DNA from: Clostridia bacterium
GTDB taxonomy: Bacteria > Bacillota > Clostridia > Oscillospirales > CAG-272
Assembly: GCA_017473865.1 (NCBI GenBank)
Contig: JAFUJB010000016.1
Coordinates: 135,476-199,475, forward strand
Direction: 5' to 3'
DNA length: 64,000 nt
Of this stretch, positions 55,580 to 64,000 are shown in pieces (within the stretch, counting starts at the first letter, position 1; each line of letters starts with the position of its first letter). The notes under the pieces were generated by a model that had not been told where the DNA came from, did no database searches, and saw only the letters and a list, made by a program, of their open reading frames with translations. Made by a program: the position numbers and the translations under genes.

Positions 55580-57101
55580 GCAGCTTTTTATAAATTTGTC
55601 GACCACTTTGGTGGGACTTGTTATAAATACTCTGATTAGTTTTGGACTGTCAAAGTATATTGTTGCGACGATAGGAGAAGAAGCGTACGGTTTTGTTTCT
55701 CTGGCGAACAGTTTTATTATGTACGCAACCATTCTTACCGTTGCGGTAAATTCTATGGCAAGCCGTTTTATAACGTTGAGTATGCAACGAGGAGAAATAG
55801 AGACCGCAAATAAATATTTCAGCTCCGTTCTTATATCAAATGCAGTCATTATCGGTGTTCTGATAGTTCCTGCGACGGTGCTTATCGCTTGGCTGGAGAA
55901 TATAATAAACATTTCCTCCGAACTTGTAACTGATGTGAAGCTTTTGTTCTTTTTCATTATTCTAAATTTCTTTGTCTCTTTGATCGGCGGGGTCTTCTCG
56001 GTTGCAACCTATTGTACAAACAAACTGCATTTGACTTCTTTGAGAACGATGGAGTCCAACGTGATAAAGGCGTTAGTGATCGTCAGTTTGTTTGTTCTTT
56101 TCAAACCTGCAGTGTTCTATATAGGGGTAGCAACACTGATTTCCGGAAGTTACGTTGTTTTGTTTAATATGCGATATACAAAACAGCTTTTGCCGGACAT
56201 AAAAATAAAATCAAGAAATTTCGAGCTCAATAAAATCAAGATATTGCTTTCTTCTGGAGTATGGAATTCCATTACAAATCTGGGAAACGTACTGTCTGAT
56301 GGGCTTGATTTGATTATAAGTAATCTTGCGGTGAATCCCGCCACTATGGGTATTGTTGCGCTCGCGAAAACACCGGGAAACGTTATCAACACGGTTATGT
56401 CTTCGATTTCCAATGTTTTTCAGCCGCAGATAATTAGTTTTTATTCGCAGAATGATATAGACGGCGTTTTGGCGGAAACGAAGCAAAGTATGAAAATAAC
56501 CGGTGTATTCGGAAATATTCCTTTTGCGTATATCGTGGTCTTCGGATATGCTTTCGGGAGAATATGGGTTCCTGAAGTCGACGCTGTTTTGCTTCACCGT
56601 TTGCTGATACTTACGTTTTTGAATATTTTTTGCGGCGGAGTTATTTCATCGCTGTACAATGTTTTTACGATAACCAATCGAGTCAAAGGGAATGCAATAC
56701 TAAACGTAGGAAGCGGATTTCTTTCTACGGTGTTGGTCTTTTTGCTTATCAGTGTAACAAATCTCGGAGTATACGCAATTGTCGGAGTGAGCGCCTTTGT
56801 AGGTTTGCTGAAAGGCTTTTTGGTAATTCCTGTACTTGCAGCGAGATGTCTGAAAGTTCCAAACAAAACATTCTTTGGGGTAATCATAAAATACTTTTTT
56901 TCTACCGCGATTTTGGTTGCAATACTATATGCGCTGAAATGTTTTATGGTTATTGATGGTTGGATCCCGCTTATCATATCGGTTCTTGTTTCCGGTATCC
57001 TGGGTGTTCTTGTGGACTACTTTGTTTTGTTTTCCGGTTCAGACAGAAAGCGTTTTATGTATATTTTTATATCAAAATTTAAGGAGAAGGGTAATGAGTA
57101 A
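55566..57101 (+). CDS. oligosaccharide flippase (Wzx / polysaccharide biosynthesis protein family)
   Basis: 511 aa with about 12-14 TM. Overlaps its neighbours within a GT cluster. Confidence 0.7.
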   Translation: MTKSKQLFINLSTTLVGLVINTLISFGLSKYIVATIGEEAYGFVSLANSFIMYATILTVAVNSMASRFITLSMQRGEIETANKYFSSVLISNAVIIGVLIVPATVLIAWLENIINISSELVTDVKLLFFFIILNFFVSLIGGVFSVATYCTNKLHLTSLRTMESNVIKALVIVSLFVLFKPAVFYIGVATLISGSYVVLFNMRYTKQLLPDIKIKSRNFELNKIKILLSSGVWNSITNLGNVLSDGLDLIISNLAVNPATMGIVALAKTPGNVINTVMSSISNVFQPQIISFYSQNDIDGVLAETKQSMKITGVFGNIPFAYIVVFGYAFGRIWVPEVDAVLLHRLLILTFLNIFCGGVISSLYNVFTITNRVKGNAILNVGSGFLSTVLVFLLISVTNLGVYAIVGVSAFVGLLKGFLVIPVLAARCLKVPNKTFFGVIIKYFFSTAILVAILYALKCFMVIDGWIPLIISVLVSGILGVLVDYFVLFSGSDRKRFMYIFISKFKEKGNE

Positions 57102-58011
57102 CAAAGAAGTAACGATTGTAACTGCTTTTTTTGATATTGGCAGAGAGAGTTTTGGAAGCGAGTTGTCCAGAAGCAACGAAAAATATCTGAATTTTTTCAG
57201 GTTTTGGGCAAGGATGAAAAATAAATTGGTTGTTTATACTTTCAGCGCCATGGCTCCAAAAGTTGAAGAAATACGCAGAGAGTTCGGGCTTGAAGACCGA
57301 ACAAAAGTAGTGGTCGTGGACAATGTTTTTGCCATTGAGGCCGAGTTGCATAAAAAAATGACTTCGATTTCTGAAAATCAGGAATTTTTGAAGTTCAGAT
57401 ATATGCCTAATCCTGCTGACAATAACGCTGACTATAATTATGTAATGTTGATGAAAAGCTGGTTTTTGATGGATGCGGCGGAAAAGAAATATGCGGACGG
57501 CATGCTTTGTTGGATGGATTTTGGTTTTAACCACGGGGGAGGCGTATTTACAAATGCAGAAGAGTTTGATTTTACTTTGTCTGTGGATTTCCCGGACGAC
57601 AAAATTACATTGTTCAGTATAAGTGACTATGATGACAAGCCCGTATTTCATATCATTCAGGATTATTCGGTATACATTATGGGTTTTCTTATGTATGTTC
57701 CTTCAGAAATGGCGAAGAATTTGTGGTTTGACGTGAAGACAGCGATGGAGTCTTTGGTCGATGTAGGCTTTATTGATGATGACCAAACGTTGTATTTGAT
57801 GGCAAGAAACAGACATCCCGAAAACTATAATGTTATAAAAAGCGGATGGTTTATGCCTCTCAAAGAATACGGTGGAGAGCATTTGACAATTAGGAAGTTC
57901 AATACGGCACCGTCATTTAAAGATAGATTGCTGAAGAATTACCGGGTATTTAAACGAAACAGAAGATGTATTAGAAATTTGAAGTCAATGTTTATGAAAC
58001 GAGATTACTAA
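57094..58011 (+). CDS. HtrL/YibB-like putative glycosyltransferase
   Basis: AAGGAG RBS. VTIVTAFFDIGR start is typical of this family (recollection). Confidence 0.5.
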   Translation: MSNKEVTIVTAFFDIGRESFGSELSRSNEKYLNFFRFWARMKNKLVVYTFSAMAPKVEEIRREFGLEDRTKVVVVDNVFAIEAELHKKMTSISENQEFLKFRYMPNPADNNADYNYVMLMKSWFLMDAAEKKYADGMLCWMDFGFNHGGGVFTNAEEFDFTLSVDFPDDKITLFSISDYDDKPVFHIIQDYSVYIMGFLMYVPSEMAKNLWFDVKTAMESLVDVGFIDDDQTLYLMARNRHPENYNVIKSGWFMPLKEYGGEHLTIRKFNTAPSFKDRLLKNYRVFKRNRRCIRNLKSMFMKRDY

Positions 58012-58027
58012 TGCGAGGATGTCGTTT

Positions 58028-58960
58028 ATGAAATTCAGTGTTATAGTTCCTGTATACAATGTTGAAAAGTATATAGCAAATTGTCTTGACAGTATTTTAA
58101 GTCAGAGCTACGCAGATTATGAAGTGCTTGTAATAAACGACGGTTCTCCGGATAACAGTCAAGAGATTATCGATGGATATGTTGAGAGAAATCCTGAAAA
58201 AATAAAAGCGTTTGTAAAAGAAAACGGCGGTCTTTCCGATGCAAGAAATTACGGAATTGAAAGGGCGGTCGGAGATTATCTGTTGTTTGTTGATTCCGAT
58301 GACTATATTGACAGCGGACTGTTACAGGCGATTGCCTCATTACTGGAAGAAGACGAGGTTGACATTGTAAGATTTTCTGCGCAGATCGTTTATGATAATG
58401 GGCAAAAAGGCGAGGTGATATCGGCGCCAAAACTCCTTGGTGTAAACGGCGTAAGGGCAATCGACGCCCTCATCGACAATAAATATTATTTTGAACCCGC
58501 ATGGTTATATGCCTATAAAACGAGTTTTTGGAGGGAAAATGGTTTTTCGTTTGCTTTTGGGAAATATCACGAGGATTTCGGAACTACTCCCAAGGTGATA
58601 ATGAAGGCGGAAAGTTTCAGTACTGTTGATATGGTGGGCTATTATTATGTCCAGTCGCCGTCAAGCATAATGCGTACAGTATCCGAGGAAAAAGAAAGAA
58701 AACGTGCATTTGACTGCATATACCATTATGACTCTCTTTTGGCGAATGCAGAGAGGGAAATAAAAGATGAAAAAATAAAGATGAAGTTTAGGAGCTACCT
58801 TGCAAACAGTATGATAAGCAAACTTGGGTTTCTTTCGGGAGAAACCAAAAATGAATATTTGAAGGCAATCATAGAGAGAGATGTTTTTGAACTGATGTTG
58901 GATGATACCTTAATGCGTAAGTTGAAAAAACTACTGATGAAAATCAGATATTGCCATTGA
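58028..58960 (+). CDS. GT2-family glycosyltransferase
   Basis: FSVIVPVYNVEKYI, NDGSPD, DSDD. Confidence 0.8.
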   Translation: MKFSVIVPVYNVEKYIANCLDSILSQSYADYEVLVINDGSPDNSQEIIDGYVERNPEKIKAFVKENGGLSDARNYGIERAVGDYLLFVDSDDYIDSGLLQAIASLLEEDEVDIVRFSAQIVYDNGQKGEVISAPKLLGVNGVRAIDALIDNKYYFEPAWLYAYKTSFWRENGFSFAFGKYHEDFGTTPKVIMKAESFSTVDMVGYYYVQSPSSIMRTVSEEKERKRAFDCIYHYDSLLANAEREIKDEKIKMKFRSYLANSMISKLGFLSGETKNEYLKAIIERDVFELMLDDTLMRKLKKLLMKIRYCH

Positions 58961-59009
58961 AACATTGTTTTTTTGAACCATATAATTTTCTAATCGTAAG
59001 GACTTAAAA

Positions 59010-60137
59010 ATGAAAAAAATTTCGATTCTTATGTTGCATCTTCAGCATGGCGGTATTGAAAAACAGACCATTACTTTGGCAAATGAGCTGTCAAAAAAAT
59101 ATGAGGTTGAGATTATTTCAACCTACAGTATGCTTTGCGATCCGGCTTATGACGTTGATGAAAAAGTTAGAATTAAATATCTTATGGATGACAGGCCGAA
59201 CAGAGATGAGTTCAAATCTGCAATAAAAAGTAAAAACATTGCAAAAATCATAAGACAGGGCATAAAGGCAGTAAAAATCCTGTTTTTGAAAAGAAAGCTT
59301 ATGATAAAGGCTATAAAGGCGCTTGATTGCAATTACGTGCTCTCGACACGTATAGAATTTGCCGAATTGCTTTCAAAATATGCTCCAAAGAATGTGGTAA
59401 CAATGACACAGGAGCATATGCATGATGGCAGCTGCCGATATATAGACAGGGCGAGAAAAGCGTTCAAAAATTTGGACTATTTGTTGGTTTTATGTGATTG
59501 GTCGAGGGAAAATTTTTCGGAGTGGCTGAAGGATAACAAGAAAATAAAAATTGTTCAGATTCCGAATATTCTTGAAGAAATACCCGAAGAAAGCGCATGT
59601 CTTGCAGGTAATAAAATCGTATCGGCGGGCAGACTGCATCCCGTAAAAAACTTTAGAACACTTATTGAGGTTTTTGATATCGTAAAGGAAAAAATTCCGT
59701 CGGCAGAGCTTACGATCATAGGCGGAGGAGATGAATACGCTCGATTAAACACCTTTATCAAAGAAAGAGGTCTAGAGCAAAGCGTAACTATTACCGGAAT
59801 GGTTTCGGCAGAGGATGTAAAAAAACACATGCTTTCGTCGGATCTTTACGTCATGACATCGCATACAGAGTGCTTCCCAATGGTGCTTCTTGAAGCTTCG
59901 TCGGTCGGAATTCCGCTTATTGCATTTGATGTGCCGGTGGGACCGCGCGCAATAATCAGTAACGGTTTTAACGGTTATCTTGTCGAATATATGAATATTC
60001 GAGAAATGGCTGATAGAGTGATCGAGGTTTTGACTTCGAGAGAAAAGCTCAAAGATTTTGGAAATAACGCTAAATTATCATCAAAGCAATATCTTGCGGA
60101 GAATATTATGCCACAATGGTATGCTCTGTTTGATTAG
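59010..60137 (+). CDS. GT4-family glycosyltransferase
   Basis: GGIEKQ N-terminus and E.FPMVLLEASSVGIP motif. Confidence 0.75.
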   Translation: MKKISILMLHLQHGGIEKQTITLANELSKKYEVEIISTYSMLCDPAYDVDEKVRIKYLMDDRPNRDEFKSAIKSKNIAKIIRQGIKAVKILFLKRKLMIKAIKALDCNYVLSTRIEFAELLSKYAPKNVVTMTQEHMHDGSCRYIDRARKAFKNLDYLLVLCDWSRENFSEWLKDNKKIKIVQIPNILEEIPEESACLAGNKIVSAGRLHPVKNFRTLIEVFDIVKEKIPSAELTIIGGGDEYARLNTFIKERGLEQSVTITGMVSAEDVKKHMLSSDLYVMTSHTECFPMVLLEASSVGIPLIAFDVPVGPRAIISNGFNGYLVEYMNIREMADRVIEVLTSREKLKDFGNNAKLSSKQYLAENIMPQWYALFD

Positions 60138-60155
60138 TTGTTTGGAGGAAAATTT

Positions 60156-61022
60156 ATGTTGACGATTTTTACACCTGCATATAATCGCGAAAAAGAATTA
60201 AAACGTTTGTATGAGTCTCTTTTGGAGCAGGATTTTTTAAATTTTGAGTGGCTTATTGTTGACGATGGCTCCGTCGATAATACCGAGCAGGTCGTCAGTA
60301 AAATGGTAAAAGATAAAAAAATAGCGATACGTTATGTTAAACAAGAAAACCGCGGAAAAAGCTGTGCTGTAAATCACGGAATAGATCTTGCGGAAGGAGA
60401 ACTTTTCTTTTGTATAGATTCCGACGACTTCTTTGTCCCCAATGTTTTGAAAAAAGTATGGGAAGAATATGAAAAAATAAGAGACGATGAGGAAATTGCA
60501 GGAATAGGTTTCTTGCACTGGCATACGGGAACGGAAAATGTTGTTGGAACGGAATATCCTTGTGATGGAATGGTTGACACATATTTTAATATTTACAATA
60601 AACACGGTGTCAAAGGTGATAAACAGTTTGCTTTCAAAACCTCTGTTATGCGAAAGTATAAATTCCCGGAGATTCCGAATGAAAAATTTGTTCCCGAGGC
60701 GCTGTTATTTAACAGAATATCAAACGAGTATAAAATGGTATTTTTTAATACCTCAATCGTTTATAAAGAATATCTTGAGTCCGGCTATACTTCAAGATAT
60801 TTTGATCTTGCAAAGAGAAACCCGCAGGGACAGGCTCTTTACTATAAAGAACTGTACAAGCTTTGTCCGACTCTATACAACGTTGCAGCATATGATATGT
60901 TTTGTATCTACGCAAAAAAGAGAATGTTTGAGGCTGTGAAAGAACACCCGAACAGGTTGCTATCTTTGCTTATGTACTTTCCTGCTTATATAAAGTATCT
61001 TCAGAAAGAGAGTAAAAAATGA
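60156..61022 (+). CDS. GT-A fold glycosyltransferase (GT2-like)
   Basis: GGAGGA RBS. IFTPAYNRE, VDDGSVD, DSDD. Confidence 0.75.
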   Translation: MLTIFTPAYNREKELKRLYESLLEQDFLNFEWLIVDDGSVDNTEQVVSKMVKDKKIAIRYVKQENRGKSCAVNHGIDLAEGELFFCIDSDDFFVPNVLKKVWEEYEKIRDDEEIAGIGFLHWHTGTENVVGTEYPCDGMVDTYFNIYNKHGVKGDKQFAFKTSVMRKYKFPEIPNEKFVPEALLFNRISNEYKMVFFNTSIVYKEYLESGYTSRYFDLAKRNPQGQALYYKELYKLCPTLYNVAAYDMFCIYAKKRMFEAVKEHPNRLLSLLMYFPAYIKYLQKESKK

Positions 61023-62110
61023 AAAAACTTTTGTTTTTCGGGTATACGATGGATATGGGCGGCGCCGAAAAGGTCTTGGCGGACTTTTTGAAGGTATTGA
61101 AACCGCACTATGAAATAGATCTGGCGCTCTTGAAAAAACAGGGAGAACTTTTGTCGGAAATTCCCGAAGGAATCCGTGTTATACAAATGCGTAATAATAT
61201 TTTTTCGTATATTCTTTTCAGATACATTCCTTTTTTTCGCAAATTAAAAATTAACAAAATTGCCAATCAAGAAGACTATTACGCGGCGATAGGTTTTATC
61301 GAAGGGCGTAGTGCAACGTGGGTTGCCGACATAAAAAAAGACGTCAGAAAGATCGTATGGGTACACAACGACGTGGATTATTTTGATATTGGCATCAGCG
61401 AAAAAGAGATAAAAAGCAGTTATTCAAAGGTTGACAAGATTATAACTGTTGCCGAGCAATCAAAAGAGAGTTTCTCGAGGAAATATGGTTTTCCGAAAGA
61501 CAAGATTGAGGTTTTGTATAACCTTATTGACGAAAAGAGCATAGAAGAAAAAGCAAAAGAAAATGTCGAAAAAAACGACTGTTTTACTTTTGTAAACGTT
61601 GGCAGAATGCGACCGCAGAAAAGACAGGACAGGCTTGTTGAAATTGCAAGACGTTTAAAAGAAAAAGGTTACAGGTTTAAAATTCAGATACTCGGAAACG
61701 GCCCCGAAGAAGAGAAGATCAAGTCTCTTATAAAAGAAAAAAAAGTCGAAGACGTTGTTGAACTTAAAGGACTTGTGTTAAATCCCTACCCGTATATTAA
61801 GCAAGCTGACTGCGTTGTTATGTCGAGTGATTTTGAAGGGTACAGTATTGCAGTAAAAGAAGCTTTGTTTCTTGGCAAAGCAATGATATCGACGGACGTG
61901 TCGGGGGTCAGGGAAATATTCTGCGACAACAAGTATGGTATTGTTACGGAAAAAAGTACGGATGATCTTTGTGAGAAAATGGAAATGGCACTTAACGGAG
62001 AAATTGACCTGAACAAGATTGAGACCGCGCTTAAAAGCTTTGATGGTTCAAACCAAAGAATAGTTAACCAACTTTTCTCGATTATTGAAGGGAAAACTGA
62101 TAATGTTTAA
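61019..62110 (+). CDS. GT4-family glycosyltransferase
   Basis: MGGAEKV N-terminus and SDFEGYSIAVKEALFLGK motif. ATGA overlap with the upstream gene. Confidence 0.75.
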   Translation: MKKLLFFGYTMDMGGAEKVLADFLKVLKPHYEIDLALLKKQGELLSEIPEGIRVIQMRNNIFSYILFRYIPFFRKLKINKIANQEDYYAAIGFIEGRSATWVADIKKDVRKIVWVHNDVDYFDIGISEKEIKSSYSKVDKIITVAEQSKESFSRKYGFPKDKIEVLYNLIDEKSIEEKAKENVEKNDCFTFVNVGRMRPQKRQDRLVEIARRLKEKGYRFKIQILGNGPEEEKIKSLIKEKKVEDVVELKGLVLNPYPYIKQADCVVMSSDFEGYSIAVKEALFLGKAMISTDVSGVREIFCDNKYGIVTEKSTDDLCEKMEMALNGEIDLNKIETALKSFDGSNQRIVNQLFSIIEGKTDNV

Positions 62111-63590
62111 AAAATATCCACTGGAGAACAACAAATTTTATTACATATTAATGAATATAACGATGGCTTTCGTTTGTGTTCAGCCGATTTTTGACCTTTT
62201 GTCTTTCCTATATATAAGAGGATATATTCCCATTGGAATATCTACGTTTGGAAAGCCTCTAATAATCGGAGTAATTAACATTATACTTATCCTGACGTAC
62301 AAAAAGAACATAGTAAAACACATCATCAGCTATGGAGCCTATGGTATTCTGATGGTGGCACATCTGTTGTTGTTGTACGGAATGGATGTTGATATGTCGG
62401 TTATCTTGCACGAAGCAAGGTTTATGCTTAATATTCTTTATATGTTGATCTGCTTCTTTACTTTTAAGATTCTTTATAACGAGGCGCCCGACAAGGATTT
62501 GTTTATAAGATGTTTGAAAAAAACTTTGCTGTTTACGTTCTTTGGGTTTATATTTATTTATTTCATCGCGCTGGCAACGGGAACATCAGAAAAAACATAC
62601 GAATATGCAGACGCGCTGAAGCGCGGTTACAAAGGATGGCTTGACTCAGGACAAATTTTCGGACATGCAATGAGTATGTGCTTGCCGTTCTTGATGTGTT
62701 ATCTTCTGAATAACAAAGCGGAAAATAAAACGGTCAGAACTATACTTAAACTGTCTATTGTTTTACCTATAACTGTTCTTTGTCTTCTCGGAACCAAGGT
62801 GTCTTATTATATGGCGGTGCTGGTTTTGTTCTCTCAATTGGTATTGGAATTGTATTTTGCAATAAAAGACAAAGAGAATACTCATTATATAAACAGCGCT
62901 ATATGTATTGTGCTTTTTGCAGTATGCTTATTGGTTTATCCTATCACTCCGGTGAAGCACAATATCGATATAAATAATAGCGTTACTTCGATACAGTATG
63001 AAGAAGATGAGATATCGAATATTGTTGAAAAAGAGAAAAACAACCTTGTTTCGGACAAGAAGAACGAAAATGACAAAAACGATAATGATTCTGTCGGTGA
63101 TGATAAAATAAGTGAAGCCGAGAAAAATGATATGTGGACGACGCAGGCTTTTGAGAAGCTTGAGCAAAAATATATCAGCGGTGAGATTCATCCCGCAGAT
63201 ATGAGAAACAAGCAGCTATTCTATAACCTGGAAAAATTTAAACTGTCTGATTTTAAATATAAGATATTTGGAATCGGGTATTTGAACCAGAAGGAAATGG
63301 CGATTGAAAGAGACGTGCTTTGCGTACTTTTCAGTTTTGGTATTTGGGGATTTGCTTTAATACTTGCAAGACCGGTTTTGCTTTGGATTAAGTCAGCATT
63401 TTTGGTTTTGAAAAACTTGTTTAAGTGCGATATATATACGTTATGTTTGTTTGAATCCTTCTCGGTGTTCTTTTTCATAAGTTGGTTTGCCGGATATACG
63501 TTTATTTATACCAATTTTTCAATATATCTTGGGATTATTATGGTATTGTTAATTGACAGCTGTCAAAAATTATCAATAAAAAGAAGTTAA
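62103..63590 (+). CDS. O-antigen polymerase/ligase-like (Wzy-type) membrane protein
   Basis: Polytopic protein with a large hydrophilic Asn/Asp/Lys-rich loop. Position in the Wzx/GT cluster supports the call. Confidence 0.6.
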   Translation: MFKKYPLENNKFYYILMNITMAFVCVQPIFDLLSFLYIRGYIPIGISTFGKPLIIGVINIILILTYKKNIVKHIISYGAYGILMVAHLLLLYGMDVDMSVILHEARFMLNILYMLICFFTFKILYNEAPDKDLFIRCLKKTLLFTFFGFIFIYFIALATGTSEKTYEYADALKRGYKGWLDSGQIFGHAMSMCLPFLMCYLLNNKAENKTVRTILKLSIVLPITVLCLLGTKVSYYMAVLVLFSQLVLELYFAIKDKENTHYINSAICIVLFAVCLLVYPITPVKHNIDINNSVTSIQYEEDEISNIVEKEKNNLVSDKKNENDKNDNDSVGDDKISEAEKNDMWTTQAFEKLEQKYISGEIHPADMRNKQLFYNLEKFKLSDFKYKIFGIGYLNQKEMAIERDVLCVLFSFGIWGFALILARPVLLWIKSAFLVLKNLFKCDIYTLCLFESFSVFFFISWFAGYTFIYTNFSIYLGIIMVLLIDSCQKLSIKRS

Positions 63591-63619
63591 AATAAACTGA
63601 ATTTTGAGAGGCATATACA

Positions 63620-63650
63620 AAAACACGAGGTAAACCCTCGTGTTTTTTGT
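63620..63650 (+). terminator. rho-independent terminator of the polysaccharide cluster
   Basis: ACACGAGG-TAAAC-CCTCGTGT followed by T6. Confidence 0.85.
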
Positions 63651-63786
63651 CTTATGCTATTGAAATGCAGAGGATTGTGCTATATAATTTTTGTAAGAAA
63701 ACTATATGAACACAAAGTTTTGAGGCAGCATATCATATAGAAGTACATATAAAAATGTAAATAATCCGAAACAGAGAGGACACTGT

Positions 63787-64000
63787 ATGCAGATAGTTTT
63801 GCTTACGGCATTGGGAGTCGGGGGAGCGACGGTTGTCGGTTCATTGCTCGGCTTTTGTTTTAAAAAAATCAGCCACAAATTCAGCGATATCGTACTTGCC
63901 TTTGCAGCGGGCGTAATGCTTGCCGCGGCTATGATCGGTCTTGTTTTGCCATCGCTTGAATACGGCGGTAAATACGGAATAATCATAACGATTTTGGGCG
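63787..64000 (+). CDS. ZIP family metal transporter (5' part; continues beyond the window)
   Basis: MQIVLLTALGVGGATVVGSLLGFCFKKISHKFSDIVLAFAAGVMLAAA.. is a typical ZupT/GufA-like N-terminus. Preceded by a TTGAAA-17-TATAAT promoter. Not in the ORF track because it has no stop in the window. Confidence 0.65.
   Translation, partial: MQIVLLTALGVGGATVVGSLLGFCFKKISHKFSDIVLAFAAGVMLAAAMIGLVLPSLEYGGKYGIIITILG

Noticed and set aside
56953-57093. Upstream extensions of several track ORFs (56953, 12272, 19856, 47582, 48624, 42741, 43055, 53292, 60138, 62085, 53022)
   Set aside because: In each case an internal ATG or TTG lies 5-10 nt after a good Shine-Dalgarno sequence and matches the family N-terminus. 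The extensions overlap the upstream gene, a leader or a promoter box.

Overview
Chromosomal segment of a low/mid-GC Firmicute; gene content looks Clostridia-like (inference only). Most of it is housekeeping: pgcA-type phosphoglucomutase, U32 peptidase, mltG, CPBP protease, 5-formyl-THF cyclo-ligase, DJ-1, Tmk-like kinase, ftsK, uppP, rplJ-rplL with an L10 leader, tRNA-Ser(GGA), leucine dehydrogenase, ldh, an ABC-2 exporter, Zn-ADH, pduL, tepA-like ClpP, mrnC, mscL, glucokinase, tcdA, an M23 peptidase, radC, gpmI, srtB, a large GH95-like hydrolase, a LysR regulator, and a Wzx/Wzy polysaccharide cluster with five glycosyltransferases (GTs) at 54.4-63.6 kb. Four things stand out. (1) A more AT-rich block of about 7 kb (judged by eye) sits just downstream of tRNA-Ser and is bounded by 152-bp direct repeats. 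It carries a 1203-aa secreted DNRLRE/ricin-lectin/Big_2 protein with an unassigned 277-aa C-terminal module, a downstream lipoprotein that is a candidate immunity protein, a duplicated 3' module with an orphan remnant, a reused consensus promoter/RBS cassette, and a divergent membrane-bound XRE regulator. (2) There are three RayT/IS200-like Y1 transposase genes. Each has two inverted GTAG-footed REP-like palindromes inside its coding sequence. Two copies are near-identical and flanked by the same hairpin; the third is frameshifted at a REP edge. The matching REP variants recur in intergenic BIME-like mosaic clusters. (3) A complete GlmM is fused in frame to an N-terminal XRE HTH domain. (4) A tight pduL / IscU-like / GGGtGRT operon has no known function. 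All coordinates and alignments were worked out by eye. No database search was run.
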